Source: Dehalococcoidia bacterium
GTDB taxonomy: Bacteria; Chloroflexota; Dehalococcoidia; Bin125
DNA length: 64,000 nt
NCBI GenBank assembly: GCA_963555985.3
Contig: OY820591.1
Span: 2,304,001-2,368,000, forward strand
Direction: 5' to 3'
Under the pieces are notes generated by a model. It ran no database searches, was not told where the DNA came from, and worked only from the letters and a program-made list of their open reading frames with translations. Numbering within the stretch: position 1 is the first letter of the stretch; each line of letters starts with the position of its first letter. Shown piece after piece: positions 36,444-45,502 of the stretch. The position numbers and the translations under genes are program-made.

Positions 36444-36564
36444 CGTCCCCCGTTCAAGCCGGGGGCAGGCTATTGCCGCGCTCCGGCGCGGCAATCTCGC
36501 CGAGTTGAGCCGGAACGTCGGTGCAGAACACGGCGAGATACCCGCGGCAAGCGCGGGTATGACG
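36444..36564. repeat. Inverted pair of CGTC-type REPs, the left one interrupted by a mini-hairpin
   Basis: CGTC[insert]ATTGCCGCGCTCCGGCGCGGCAATCTCGCCG ... CGGCGAGATACCCGCGGCAAGCGCGGGTATGACG. Confidence 0.78.
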
Positions 36565-36610
36565 ATCTTTGATTTACGCGCAGGTCTCCCCTGGGAGAGG
36601 TTTGGATTGT

Positions 36611-37507
36611 TTAGCGCGGCTTCTCTCGGATGGGATCTGGCGCGCCTCGGAAGAAGGCTCCTCGGTAGATTGCCGTATCTCCGCGTACTCTCGCCTCCCA
36701 CTCCTGATCGGTCATGGCTTCGCGGAGGCGGATGGTCTGGATCGTGTCCTCTCCGACCGGCCAGCGCATTGGCAGCTGCTGGACGAGTTCCACGATGTCG
36801 GCTACTGCGGTCGCTACGCTGCGCGAGCCGGGGCGGGTCGCCGCCCGCTTGCGGAATTCGGACAGGGCGAGGTCGGCCGACTCCTGGTAGACGCTGCGGC
36901 TTTCGCGCACGGCCGCCGCGACGTCCAGATTCGTGGTCTGCCAATCGCTCTGATACATGCCCGGTTCGAGGATCGTGACCTCCACGCCCCAGCGCGAGAC
37001 CTCGTAGCGCAACGCCTCCGACATCGCTTCGACCGCCCACTTGCTCGCGGCGTAGAGACCCAGCAGCGGTCCCACGATTCGTCCGGCCAGCGAGGAGACG
37101 TTGATGATCTTGCCGCTGCCCTGCTCGCGCATCGCCGGCAACACGGCTTGAGCGACGCGGATCTGGCCGACGAAGTTCGTATCCATTTCGCGCAGGATCT
37201 CGTCCTCGCTGAACTCCTCGACCGGCCCATAGAGGCCGTAGCCGGCGTTGTTGAAGAGCGCGTCGATCCGGCCGAAGCGCGCCAGCCCCGCCTCCACTGC
37301 GGCGTCAATCGAGGCGCGCTCGGTCACGTCGCAGCGGGCGATACAGACCAGCTCGGGATCGATGCCGGCCAGATTCGGCCCGTCCCGATCGGGATTGCGC
37401 ATCGTCGCGATCACGCGGTGACCGCGTTGCGTCAGCTCTTCCGCCGCGGCCAGGCCGAAGCCCCGCGATGCGCCGGTAATCAATGTGACCTGCCGTTCAA
37501 GTACCAT
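36611..37507 (-). CDS. Short-chain dehydrogenase/reductase
   Basis: TGASRGFG, NNAGYG, YAASK. Confidence 0.93.
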   Translation of the reverse strand: MVLERQVTLITGASRGFGLAAAEELTQRGHRVIATMRNPDRDGPNLAGIDPELVCIARCDVTERASIDAAVEAGLARFGRIDALFNNAGYGLYGPVEEFSEDEILREMDTNFVGQIRVAQAVLPAMREQGSGKIINVSSLAGRIVGPLLGLYAASKWAVEAMSEALRYEVSRWGVEVTILEPGMYQSDWQTTNLDVAAAVRESRSVYQESADLALSEFRKRAATRPGSRSVATAVADIVELVQQLPMRWPVGEDTIQTIRLREAMTDQEWEARVRGDTAIYRGAFFRGAPDPIREKPR

Positions 37508-37581
37508 GTTGAAAGCCTCAATACTCTGTCCTGCCCGGTTGTGATGATGGTAGTGAGCGGGACAGCTAGCAAGAGTCCCTA

Positions 37582-38613
37582 GTGGAATGGTTCACCGATC
37601 CATGGTCGTTTGAGTTCATGCGGCGCGCACTTCTGGCCGGGCTCATCGTGTCGGTGGCCGCAGGGATGGTCGGCGCCTTCGTCGTCCTGCGCGGTCTGGC
37701 CTTTCTTGGTGATGCGGTCGCACACACCCAGCTCGCGGGCGCCGCAGTCGCGCTGGTCCTGGGTGGAGGCGCAGTCCTGATCACACTGGGCGCCGGCGTC
37801 GCGGCGGTGCTGACGGCCTTGGGCGTGGCCCTGCTCACGCTGCGCGGGCGACTGCGCGCGGACACCGCGATCGGCATCATGTTCGCCGGGTTCTTCGCGC
37901 TCGGCGTGATGCTGATTTCGAGAGAACGCACCTTCACGATCGATCTGGGCGCATTATTGGTCGGCCACATCTTGGGCGCTTCCTGGACCGATTTGATCGT
38001 GATGGCCGCGTTAACTGCCGTTGTCACCGTGCTGGTTCTGGCCTTCCTGCCGGAGTTGCGGTTTTCGGCATACGATCCTGAGGTGGCCGCTGTCTCGGGG
38101 GTTCCGGTCACCATGATGCAGATCGGACTCCTCGTCCTGATCGCGCTGGCGACGGTGGTGGCGTTTCGGCTCGTCGGGGTGATCTTGGCGGTCGCCATGC
38201 TGGTCGCTCCGGCAGCGGCCGCGGTGCTGCTGACTCGGCGACTGGCGCTGATGATGCTGGTGGCGACCCTGATCGGTGTGTTTTCGACGGTGGTGGGCCT
38301 GTATGCATCGTTTCACTTCGATCTGGCGGCTGGACCGTCGATCGTGCTGAGCGCAGTCCTGGTGATGGTGTTCTCGTTCGTGCTCAGCCCGCGCGGACTG
38401 CGCGGGACATTGCCATCGCTTGAGTTTCTGGCCGCCGACGGCGCGGAGGAAGTTCCACCGCCAGGCTGGCGGCGAACCGCCCGCATCTGCTGGGGCGCGT
38501 GCTGTCTGGTCAGCGACGCCGGCTGGGGCGCGTGTTGCCGGGTCGGCGACGTTTGCTGGGGCGCGTGTTGCCGAGTTGGAGAACGCTTCTCGCTGCGCGG
38601 GCGGGCGGGCTAA
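37582..38613 (+). CDS. Zn/Mn ABC transporter permease (ZnuB/MntB) with Cys-rich repeat tail
   Basis: FMRRAL, GDAVAHTQLAG, DTAIGI, SAYDPEVA, VGVILAVAMLVAP, AGPSIVL. Confidence 0.9.
   Translation: MEWFTDPWSFEFMRRALLAGLIVSVAAGMVGAFVVLRGLAFLGDAVAHTQLAGAAVALVLGGGAVLITLGAGVAAVLTALGVALLTLRGRLRADTAIGIMFAGFFALGVMLISRERTFTIDLGALLVGHILGASWTDLIVMAALTAVVTVLVLAFLPELRFSAYDPEVAAVSGVPVTMMQIGLLVLIALATVVAFRLVGVILAVAMLVAPAAAAVLLTRRLALMMLVATLIGVFSTVVGLYASFHFDLAAGPSIVLSAVLVMVFSFVLSPRGLRGTLPSLEFLAADGAEEVPPPGWRRTARICWGACCLVSDAGWGACCRVGDVCWGACCRVGERFSLRGRAG
38488..38586 (+). repeat. 3 x 33-bp tandem repeat encoding (C/G)WGACCxVx(D/E)x
   Basis: Units read directly in the permease frame. Confidence 0.85.
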
Positions 38614-39170
38614 TCGGCAGGCTTAAAAATCTGCTGGCGATACCAACGCAGCTCGTCGATCGACTCGCGGATATCGTCCAGCGCCCGATGCCGCTCCTGC
38701 TTGGCGAACTTCTCCAGCTCGGGGTACCAGCGCTTGGCCAGTTCCTTGACCGTCGATACGTCCACGATTCGGTAGTGCAGCCAGTCGACCAGCTTGGGCA
38801 TCTCGCGGTAGAGGAAGCGCTTGTCCTGGTGGACGGAGTTGCCGCAGAGGGGCGACTCGCCTTCGACCGTCCACTGGCGGACGAACTCCAGGATCTCCGC
38901 CTCCGCCTGCTCGATGGTGAGATCCGACGCTCGGACGCGCTTGATCAGGCCGGAGCCATGATGGGTGCGCCGGTTCCAGTCGTTCATCACCGACAGTTCC
39001 TCCTCGCTGCGGTGAATGGCGAGATCCGGTCCGTCGGCGACGATGTTCAGCTCTGAGTCAGTGATCAGCACGGCCGCCTCAATGACGACATCTCGTTCCG
39101 GGTCGAGCCCGGTCATCTCGAGATCGATCCAGACCAGCGGACTGCTGGCCGGCGGCTCAGGGTGAGTCAT
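38610..39170 (-). CDS. orn: Oligoribonuclease
   Basis: LVWIDLEMTGLD, PLCGNSVHQD, HYRIVDVSTVKELAKRW, HRALDDIRESIDEL. Confidence 0.95.
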   Translation of the reverse strand: MTHPEPPASSPLVWIDLEMTGLDPERDVVIEAAVLITDSELNIVADGPDLAIHRSEEELSVMNDWNRRTHHGSGLIKRVRASDLTIEQAEAEILEFVRQWTVEGESPLCGNSVHQDKRFLYREMPKLVDWLHYRIVDVSTVKELAKRWYPELEKFAKQERHRALDDIRESIDELRWYRQQIFKPAD

Positions 39171-39202
39171 GGCCCGCAGCGTAGCGCGGGCAGTCCCAGC
39201 CG

Positions 39203-40345
39203 CTACTGATCGGCGACGGCGCGCGCGTTCGCCAGCAGAATGTCGATGTATGTCGGCTCGTCGTCGGTCGGCTGCGACCAGATCACCCGCCGCTCGACTC
39301 CGGTTTCGTCGGCGATCGTGTCCAGAATCGTGGAGTCGAACTGCGGCTCGTGGAACACGGTTTGAACGCCTTCGTGTTCGATCAGCTCGATCAGTTCGGT
39401 GATCGCCTCGGCCGAGACGCCCTGTTCCGGGCCCTCGACCAGGAAGCCCGCGACAGTCAGGTCGTAGCGGCGGGCGAAGTATCCGAATGCGTCGTGGAAC
39501 GTGAACAGCAGGCGTTTTTCGGCTGGCAGATCGGCAAGCAGCGAGCGAGCTTCTTCGTCGGCCTCGTCAATCTCGTTGAGGTAGTTGTCGCGGCGCTCGG
39601 CAATCGCCTCTTCTGCGTCCGGCTTGAGCGCGATCAACTCCGCCGCAATCGCGGTGACCGAGGCCTTGGCGATGTCGGTGTCGAACCAGAAGTGCGGGTC
39701 CTCGCCAGTGTGGTCGTGTGCGTGTTCTTCTTGCTGCTGTCCGTGTTGCTGCTCTTGTTGCTGCTGTTCCTGGTGATGCTCTTCCTGCTGCTCTTGCTCC
39801 TGCTGTTCCTGGTGATGCTCTTCCTGTTGCTCCTGCTGCTCCTGGTGATGCTCTTCCTGTTGCTCCTGGTGATGCTCTTCCTGTTGCCCCTGCTGCTCCT
39901 CCTGCTGACCGTGTTCCTGCTGTTCCTGGTGATGTTCCTCATCGGAGCCGATCATGCCCTCGAACGGATGCAACTCGTGTCCCATCGCTTCGACGGCATT
40001 GGCCAGCTCGAGCAGGTTGCCCGCGTTCTCTTCGACCGCCTCCTCATAAGCGGATTCCAGTCCGGCGCCATTGATGATCACGAGATCGGCCTCGGCGACC
40101 GCACGGATGTCGTCAACACTGACCTCGAACGTGTGCGCATCAGCGCCAGCGGGGACAAGCGCCCGTACATCGACGAGATCGCCGCCGACCTCGCGCGTCC
40201 AATCGGCGATCACCTGGGTTGAGACGACCACCTGGAGCGGCGCGGCGTCGCCGTCGTCGCTGCCGCAGGCGAGCAACGCCAACGGCGCGAGCAGCGTTGC
40301 CGCGAACACAGCGACGCGCAGCGTCAACCTTCGAAAACGGGGCAT
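39203..40345 (-). CDS. Zn/Mn ABC substrate-binding lipoprotein (ZnuA/AdcA-like) with EEHHQEQQ repeat loop
   Basis: Lipobox LLAC, GADAHTFE, NGAGLE, DPHFW, FHDAFGYF. Confidence 0.92.
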   Translation of the reverse strand: MPRFRRLTLRVAVFAATLLAPLALLACGSDDGDAAPLQVVVSTQVIADWTREVGGDLVDVRALVPAGADAHTFEVSVDDIRAVAEADLVIINGAGLESAYEEAVEENAGNLLELANAVEAMGHELHPFEGMIGSDEEHHQEQQEHGQQEEQQGQQEEHHQEQQEEHHQEQQEQQEEHHQEQQEQEQQEEHHQEQQQQEQQHGQQQEEHAHDHTGEDPHFWFDTDIAKASVTAIAAELIALKPDAEEAIAERRDNYLNEIDEADEEARSLLADLPAEKRLLFTFHDAFGYFARRYDLTVAGFLVEGPEQGVSAEAITELIELIEHEGVQTVFHEPQFDSTILDTIADETGVERRVIWSQPTDDEPTYIDILLANARAVADQ

Positions 40346-40573
40346 GAGGAGCGAGTTCTAGGCAGCCGGGGCGTCTGGACAAGCCCGCAACGCTGCATAT
40401 CTCTTGGTCTGGGCGTCAGGCTACCACATCGGCGCGGCCACTCCAGCGGCGAGCCAGATCGCGGGGCACTGCACAGACGGTGAAGAATCTGTTAGATTGC
40501 GGCGAGCGTTCTGGATCGGCTGCGATTCCCGTTCGATCCTGGGTTTCCCCCAGGCGAGTGAGGCTAGTCAGGA

Positions 40574-41728
40574 ATGTCCCGCAGCGGCCCCAGCGACGGC
40601 GATTCGGCGGCCGTACCCAGCGGCCGCGCCGCTGCGTCTGCCAGCCACGATCACGACGACCACGCCGGGCACGATTATCACGACCACGATGATCACTCCG
40701 GCCACGACCACGCCGGACACGATCATCACGACCACGATGATCACTCCGGCCACGACCACGCCGGGCACGACCATCACGACCATGATGATCACTCCGGCCA
40801 CGACCATCACGACCATGCGCACGACTTGCGCGAGGCGAGCCGGCGCACGCTAATCATCTCGCTCGGCATCATCCTGTTCTTCATGGTCGTCGAGATCGTC
40901 GGCGGCATCCTCTCCGGCTCGCTGGCCCTGCTCGCCGACGCTGGCCACATGGCGACCGACGCCGGCGCCATCGCCCTGGCGCTGATCGCAATGTGGGTCG
41001 CGAATCGGCCTTCCTCGGTCGACCGCACTTTCGGCTTCGCTCGCACCGAGATCCTCGCTGCGTTCGTCAACATTCTCACGCTCTGGCTGATCTCCGGTTG
41101 GGTGATCTGGGAAGCGGTGCACCGGATCGGCGGCGAGCCGGAAGTCGAAGGCGTGTTGATGACCGCGGTCGGCGTGGTCGGCCTGATCGTCAACATCATC
41201 GTCGCCTACATCCTGCACGGCTCGTCGGAACACAGCCTCAACGTCCAGGGCGCATTCCTCCACGTACTCGGAGACCTGCTGGGGTCGATCGCCGTGATCG
41301 TGTCCGGCGCCCTGGTGATGGGGTTCGGCTGGAATCTGGCCGACCCGATCGTCAGCATCATCATCGGCGTCTTCATCCTCTTCCTCTCCTACCGGCCGGC
41401 GATGCAGATCTTCCACGTGCTGATCGAAGGCGTTCCGCCTCACATCGACCTCTACGCGCTCTGCCATGAGATCGAGGAGATCGAAGGGGTAACCGTCATC
41501 CACGACGTCCATGCCTGGACGATCACATCCGGCTACGACTCGATCTCGGCGCACATCATGGTCGACCACGAGCACCCGAACCGGCAGAGCATTCTCGATG
41601 AGGCGGTCGTGATCGCGCGCCACCGGTACAACCTCAGCCACATCACCTTCCAGGTCGAGACATCGGTCGAGGGTTGCACCGAAGACCACCATGTCGGCCA
41701 TCTCGAAGCGACGTCTCGCGCAAGGTGA
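40574..41728 (+). CDS. Cation diffusion facilitator (CzcD/ZitB-like) with His-rich N-terminal repeat
   Basis: SLALLADAGHMATD, LNVQGAFLHVLGDLLGS, HDVHAWTI, HITFQVE. Confidence 0.94.
   Translation: MSRSGPSDGDSAAVPSGRAAASASHDHDDHAGHDYHDHDDHSGHDHAGHDHHDHDDHSGHDHAGHDHHDHDDHSGHDHHDHAHDLREASRRTLIISLGIILFFMVVEIVGGILSGSLALLADAGHMATDAGAIALALIAMWVANRPSSVDRTFGFARTEILAAFVNILTLWLISGWVIWEAVHRIGGEPEVEGVLMTAVGVVGLIVNIIVAYILHGSSEHSLNVQGAFLHVLGDLLGSIAVIVSGALVMGFGWNLADPIVSIIIGVFILFLSYRPAMQIFHVLIEGVPPHIDLYALCHEIEEIEGVTVIHDVHAWTITSGYDSISAHIMVDHEHPNRQSILDEAVVIARHRYNLSHITFQVETSVEGCTEDHHVGHLEATSRAR
40661..40804 (+). repeat. 3 x 48-bp tandem repeat encoding HAGHDHHDHDDHSGHD
   Basis: Units start at 40661, 40709 and 40757. 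Confidence 0.9.
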
Positions 41729-41782
41729 GCTGATTCCAGAGTGCGTACAGTTCGCCGGCAACGGCGATGAAAGGGAGGAACC

Positions 41783-41971
41783 ATGACGACAGCGGCCCAC
41801 ACCCATCGGTACGAGCACACCGAGCACCACGCGCACAGCGCGACCGAGGTGGCCGAGCACGACCACTGCCAGAGCGAGCACGAGTGCAGTTGCGACCACA
41901 GCGAGCACTGCTGCTGCTGCGTGGACTCCAGCTGCGCCAGCGGCGACTGCGACTGCCACAGCGCCGACTAG
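41783..41971 (+). CDS. Metallothionein-like His/Cys-rich small protein (62 aa)
   Basis: Strong RBS AAAGGGAGGAA, 10 Cys + 12 His, GC3-biased codons, directly after the CDF gene. Confidence 0.8.
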   Translation: MTTAAHTHRYEHTEHHAHSATEVAEHDHCQSEHECSCDHSEHCCCCVDSSCASGDCDCHSAD

Positions 41972-41994
41972 CGATCGACGCTCCGGGACAAGCG

Positions 41995-42465
41995 TCAGGC
42001 GGTCCTCAGCGCTTTGAGGACCGCCTGGCCGTGATCCGCGGCCCTGGCTCGTTTCCAAACCTTGGCCAGCACGCCGTCCGGACCGATCACGAACGTGGCC
42101 CGGTTCATGCCAATGCTCTTGCGCCCGTAGAGCGTCTTCTCACCCCAGGCGCCGTAGCGCGTCGCCACTTCCGCCTCGGTGTCAACGAGGAGCGGGAAGT
42201 TCAGTTCGTATTTCGCGCGGAACTGCTGATGAGATTCGGCGGAATCGGTGGAGACGCCCAACACTGTCGCCCCCTCCGCGCCGATCTCCGCCAGCTCGTC
42301 GCGGAACGAACACGCCTGCTTCGTACAGCCCGGCGTGTCGTCGCGCGGGTAGAAATAGAGCACGACGGTCTGCCCGGCGTAGTCGGACAGCCGGTGCAGC
42401 TTCCCATCCTGGTCGGGCAATGCGAAATCAGGCGCCGGATCGCCCTTGGCCAGAGTCACAGGCAC
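41995..42465 (-). CDS. bcp: Peroxiredoxin BCP/PrxQ
   Basis: APDFALPDQDG, YFYPRDDTPGCTKQAC. GTG start with RBS GAGGA. Confidence 0.93.
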   Translation of the reverse strand: MPVTLAKGDPAPDFALPDQDGKLHRLSDYAGQTVVLYFYPRDDTPGCTKQACSFRDELAEIGAEGATVLGVSTDSAESHQQFRAKYELNFPLLVDTEAEVATRYGAWGEKTLYGRKSIGMNRATFVIGPDGVLAKVWKRARAADHGQAVLKALRTA

Positions 42466-42475
42466 GTTCAAATCC

Positions 42476-42868
42476 TCAATCCGTGTGCAGCACCGGGCTG
42501 CCATGGTGATGAATGATCTTCCAGCTCCCGGCTTCGCGCCGGTAGAGGTTGGTCGCCACAATCGGCACCCCCGCCACCACCTCGCGTCCCGCCACGATCC
42601 CGATATCGCCAACAATCCGAGGCGTCTCCGCCGCAAACACGATCCGCGGCTGATCGGGATTGGTCAGAATTGCGCGCCAACTCCGCATCACTTCGCGGTG
42701 TCCCGAGATCACCGCGCGATGCGGATGAATGCAGGTCACGTCCGCAGTCTGCGCCCAGAGTTGCGCCATGCCTTCCACATCGCGCTCGTTGAACGCCTCA
42801 TAGAAGGCGCGGTTAGCGGCGAGCACGGCCTCCGCGTCGTCGCGATCGGAAGCGGGTTCGTCCGTCAT
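42476..42868 (-). CDS. NTF2/SnoaL-like protein
   Basis: ANRAFYEAF, VTCIHP, ATNLY, WKIIHHHGSP. Confidence 0.88.
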   Translation of the reverse strand: MTDEPASDRDDAEAVLAANRAFYEAFNERDVEGMAQLWAQTADVTCIHPHRAVISGHREVMRSWRAILTNPDQPRIVFAAETPRIVGDIGIVAGREVVAGVPIVATNLYRREAGSWKIIHHHGSPVLHTD

Positions 42869-42920
42869 CGCTGCCTGCCTTCACGCCGGCGCGGACCGGA
42901 TTCCCCGATACGCTGGCCGC

Positions 42921-44393
42921 ATGATGATCATACGAAAAAACTGGCTCCACGCGACGCTCGTGGGCGCGGCGCTTACGTTCGCCCTCGCCGCGTGCAGCGA
43001 CGATCCCCAAGAAGCTCCCGCAGCCGCGCAAACCGAGCAACAGCAGCAACAGCCTGTCGAGCAGCCGCAACCCGCAGAGTCCGCCGATCCGCAGCAGACA
43101 CAGGAACAACCAACCCAAACCGCCGCAACTCAGCAAGCGACTCAACCGCAACAGCAGGCGACTCAGGCCGCAGCGCAAGCCCAGCAGGCGCAGCAGCAGG
43201 ACGACACTCTCGCCGACATCACTCCGGTCACTACCTTTCTCCCCCGCGACGCGACCGAGACCCCCGAAGGCATCCCGATCATCCGCGACTCGCAGACGCC
43301 GCAGTACTTCGGCCTCGACTGGTCCACCCACTGGGGCATCCGCATCGTCGCGCTCGAAGAACTCTCGCAAGGCGCCGCCCGCGACGCGATCCCCGCGATC
43401 AGCGCGCCCCGCTACTGGACGATCGAAGAAGCGGCGGTCGTCTACACCGACAACGTGCCCCTAGTCCAGGTTCGCGTCGGCGACGACGTGCGCGGCTTCC
43501 CGCTCGAAATCCTCACCTGGCACGAGATCGTCAACGATACGATCGGCGGCAAGCCGCTCACGATCACCTTCTGTCCGCTCTGCAATACCGCGATCGCCTT
43601 CGAGTCCCAGATTGGCGAAGAGATCTTCATCTTCGGCGTCTCCGGCCTGCTCCGAAACTCCGACCTGGTCATGTACGACCGCAACACCGAGTCGCTCTGG
43701 CAGCAGTCCTCGGGGCGAGCCATCGTCGGCACGATGGTCGGGGCCCGACTCAACTACCTGCCTGCCTCAGTCGTCAGCCTCGGACAACTCCGCGCCGCCT
43801 ATCCCGACGCGCTCGTGATGTCCCGCGATACCGGCTGGAATCGTCCCTACGGGCAGAACCCCTACCAGGGTTATGACAACCCCGAACACGGCGGCCCCTA
43901 CGGGTTCTTCTTCGACCGCGACAGCGTCGACCCGCGCCTGCCGCCCGCAGAGCGCGTCGTCAGTGTCGAAGGCCCCTCCGGCGCCGCCGTCGCCTACCCC
44001 TGGTCTGCGCTCTCCGAGCAGCGCGTCCTTCACGACAGTTTCGACGGCATCGCGCTGGTCGTCTTCTGGACACCCGGCGCGCTCTCCGTCCTCGACTCCG
44101 GCAACCTCGCCCAAGCCCGCGAGATTGGTACCACCGCCGTCTTCGAGACCACCCTCGAAGGAGTCGGCCCACTCACCTTCACACCCAATCCCGGCGATCC
44201 CGACGGTCAAACCTTCATGGACGCCGAGACCGGCTCCACTTGGGACATCTTCGGCCGCGCGATCGCAGGCGAATTGGCCGGGTCAGAATTGACCCGCGTG
44301 ATCCACTCCGACCACTTCTGGTTCGCCTGGCAGGCGTTCCACCCCGAGACCGAGGTGGTCGACGAATCCACCATCGCCGACGCCGGCGAGTAG
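42921..44393 (+). CDS. DUF3179-domain lipoprotein with Gln/Pro/Ala-rich linker
   Basis: Lipobox LAAC, HEIVND, TFCPLCNT, FGVSGLLRNSDLVMYDRNTESLWQQ, FWFAWQAFHPET. Confidence 0.9.
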   Translation: MMIIRKNWLHATLVGAALTFALAACSDDPQEAPAAAQTEQQQQQPVEQPQPAESADPQQTQEQPTQTAATQQATQPQQQATQAAAQAQQAQQQDDTLADITPVTTFLPRDATETPEGIPIIRDSQTPQYFGLDWSTHWGIRIVALEELSQGAARDAIPAISAPRYWTIEEAAVVYTDNVPLVQVRVGDDVRGFPLEILTWHEIVNDTIGGKPLTITFCPLCNTAIAFESQIGEEIFIFGVSGLLRNSDLVMYDRNTESLWQQSSGRAIVGTMVGARLNYLPASVVSLGQLRAAYPDALVMSRDTGWNRPYGQNPYQGYDNPEHGGPYGFFFDRDSVDPRLPPAERVVSVEGPSGAAVAYPWSALSEQRVLHDSFDGIALVVFWTPGALSVLDSGNLAQAREIGTTAVFETTLEGVGPLTFTPNPGDPDGQTFMDAETGSTWDIFGRAIAGELAGSELTRVIHSDHFWFAWQAFHPETEVVDESTIADAGE

Positions 44394-44422
44394 AATGCTG
44401 AAAACTCGCAATCGCCGGAATT

Positions 44423-44509
44423 CGTCATTCCAAGCTTGACCTGGAATCTCGCTTCTCGCTGCTGGCGTATCTGTTCGGACGAGCTTCCCGGTCGGGATCG
44501 AGAATGACG
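44423..44509. repeat. CGTC-type REP pair
   Basis: CGTCATTCCAAGCTTGACCTGGAATCTCG (1 mismatch to the 24494 copy) ... GAATGACG. Confidence 0.75.
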
Positions 44510-44547
44510 AGGACGCTCAGATCGCCGAGGGCAAGGGAGGAGCAGGC

Positions 44548-45296
44548 ATGAACAAGACAAGGTTGTCTGGAGTGTTGGCGCTGGCGGCCATCGTGGTAGG
44601 GGCGGCAATGCTTGGCGTCGCTCGGAGTCAAAGCGATCCAGGCGGCGTTGAGGTCAGGGTCGCCGCGCGCGCGCACACAACGACAGAAGGGTAGAGTTCG
44701 CAGTTCAGCCGAGGGACGGCAACGAGTGGGGAGATCGTGTTGTACCCCGCGGCAGGTTCCTACCTGCTGAACCGCCTGTCGGCAGGTGGCTCTACAGCAC
44801 GCCGGTCACAATCGGCGAACTGAGGATCCACCCCGGGATCGTTCCGTTTCCCGTTCCCAATGGCGCGGTTGAAATCAGCGGCAAGAACAGCTCCGGAGCG
44901 ACATTCAAGGTCAGCTATGACGATCTGACCGGCAAGACCGAAACAATCATCACGACCAGCGCAGGTGACTGGGGAGACGATATCCAGTTCGAGCTTGCTT
45001 GCGATCGAGACGGCGTGCTGCATGTCGGCATCAGTTCTTGGAGCTGGTGGTCGTCCTACAATCAAGCCGTCACCTGGCGGTTCGACCGCTCGCTAAGTAA
45101 GACCGAAGAATGGATCGGCGGAAACTTCCCTGGCCAAACATCCTCCCCGAACCCACAGTTGATGCTCAGAGAACTGCGCGGCGCGCGCGAGTTCACGTTC
45201 ATCCGCGACAGTGATGACGAGTCGAGCACGATTTCGCTAGAGGGTCTGTTGGACACGCCGGCTCAGCCGAACATCGACCGCTGCGGGACATACTGA
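44548..45296 (+). pseudogene. Secreted protein frameshifted by +2 bp in a (CG)5(CA)3 run; repaired length 248 aa
   Basis: RBS GGAGGAG, signal peptide MNKTRLSGVLALAAIVVGAAMLG, stop TAG at 44692. Removing 2 bp joins VEVRVAARA to HNDRRVEFAVQ...GRFLP...GRWLYSTPV, open to 45296. Confidence 0.8.
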
Positions 45297-45502
45297 CCTG
45301 CTAGACTTGTCAGCGGAAGCCTTGTCAGGCATGGTCGCCTTCGCACCACCAACAAGGCAACCTGGGCGGGCGAGCAGGCACAGGTCGTGACGATGCCTGT
45401 TCGCCCTAGCGCGGGGGCGGCTCATAAACGCTTCCCGCGCTCGCCCTAACCTACCAGCCGCTCGTAGGTCAGTTGCGTCTCGCAGGTGTGCGGTCAGTAC
45501 GC

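Noticed and set aside
38610-39170. orn as a horizontally acquired oddity
   Set aside because: Codon usage matches the host and the taxonomy is only inferred.
42921-44393. Other redox families that can be selenoproteins (DUF3179, AhpD-like, BCP, glutaredoxin)
   Set aside because: All have ordinary Cys codons at their redox motifs here.
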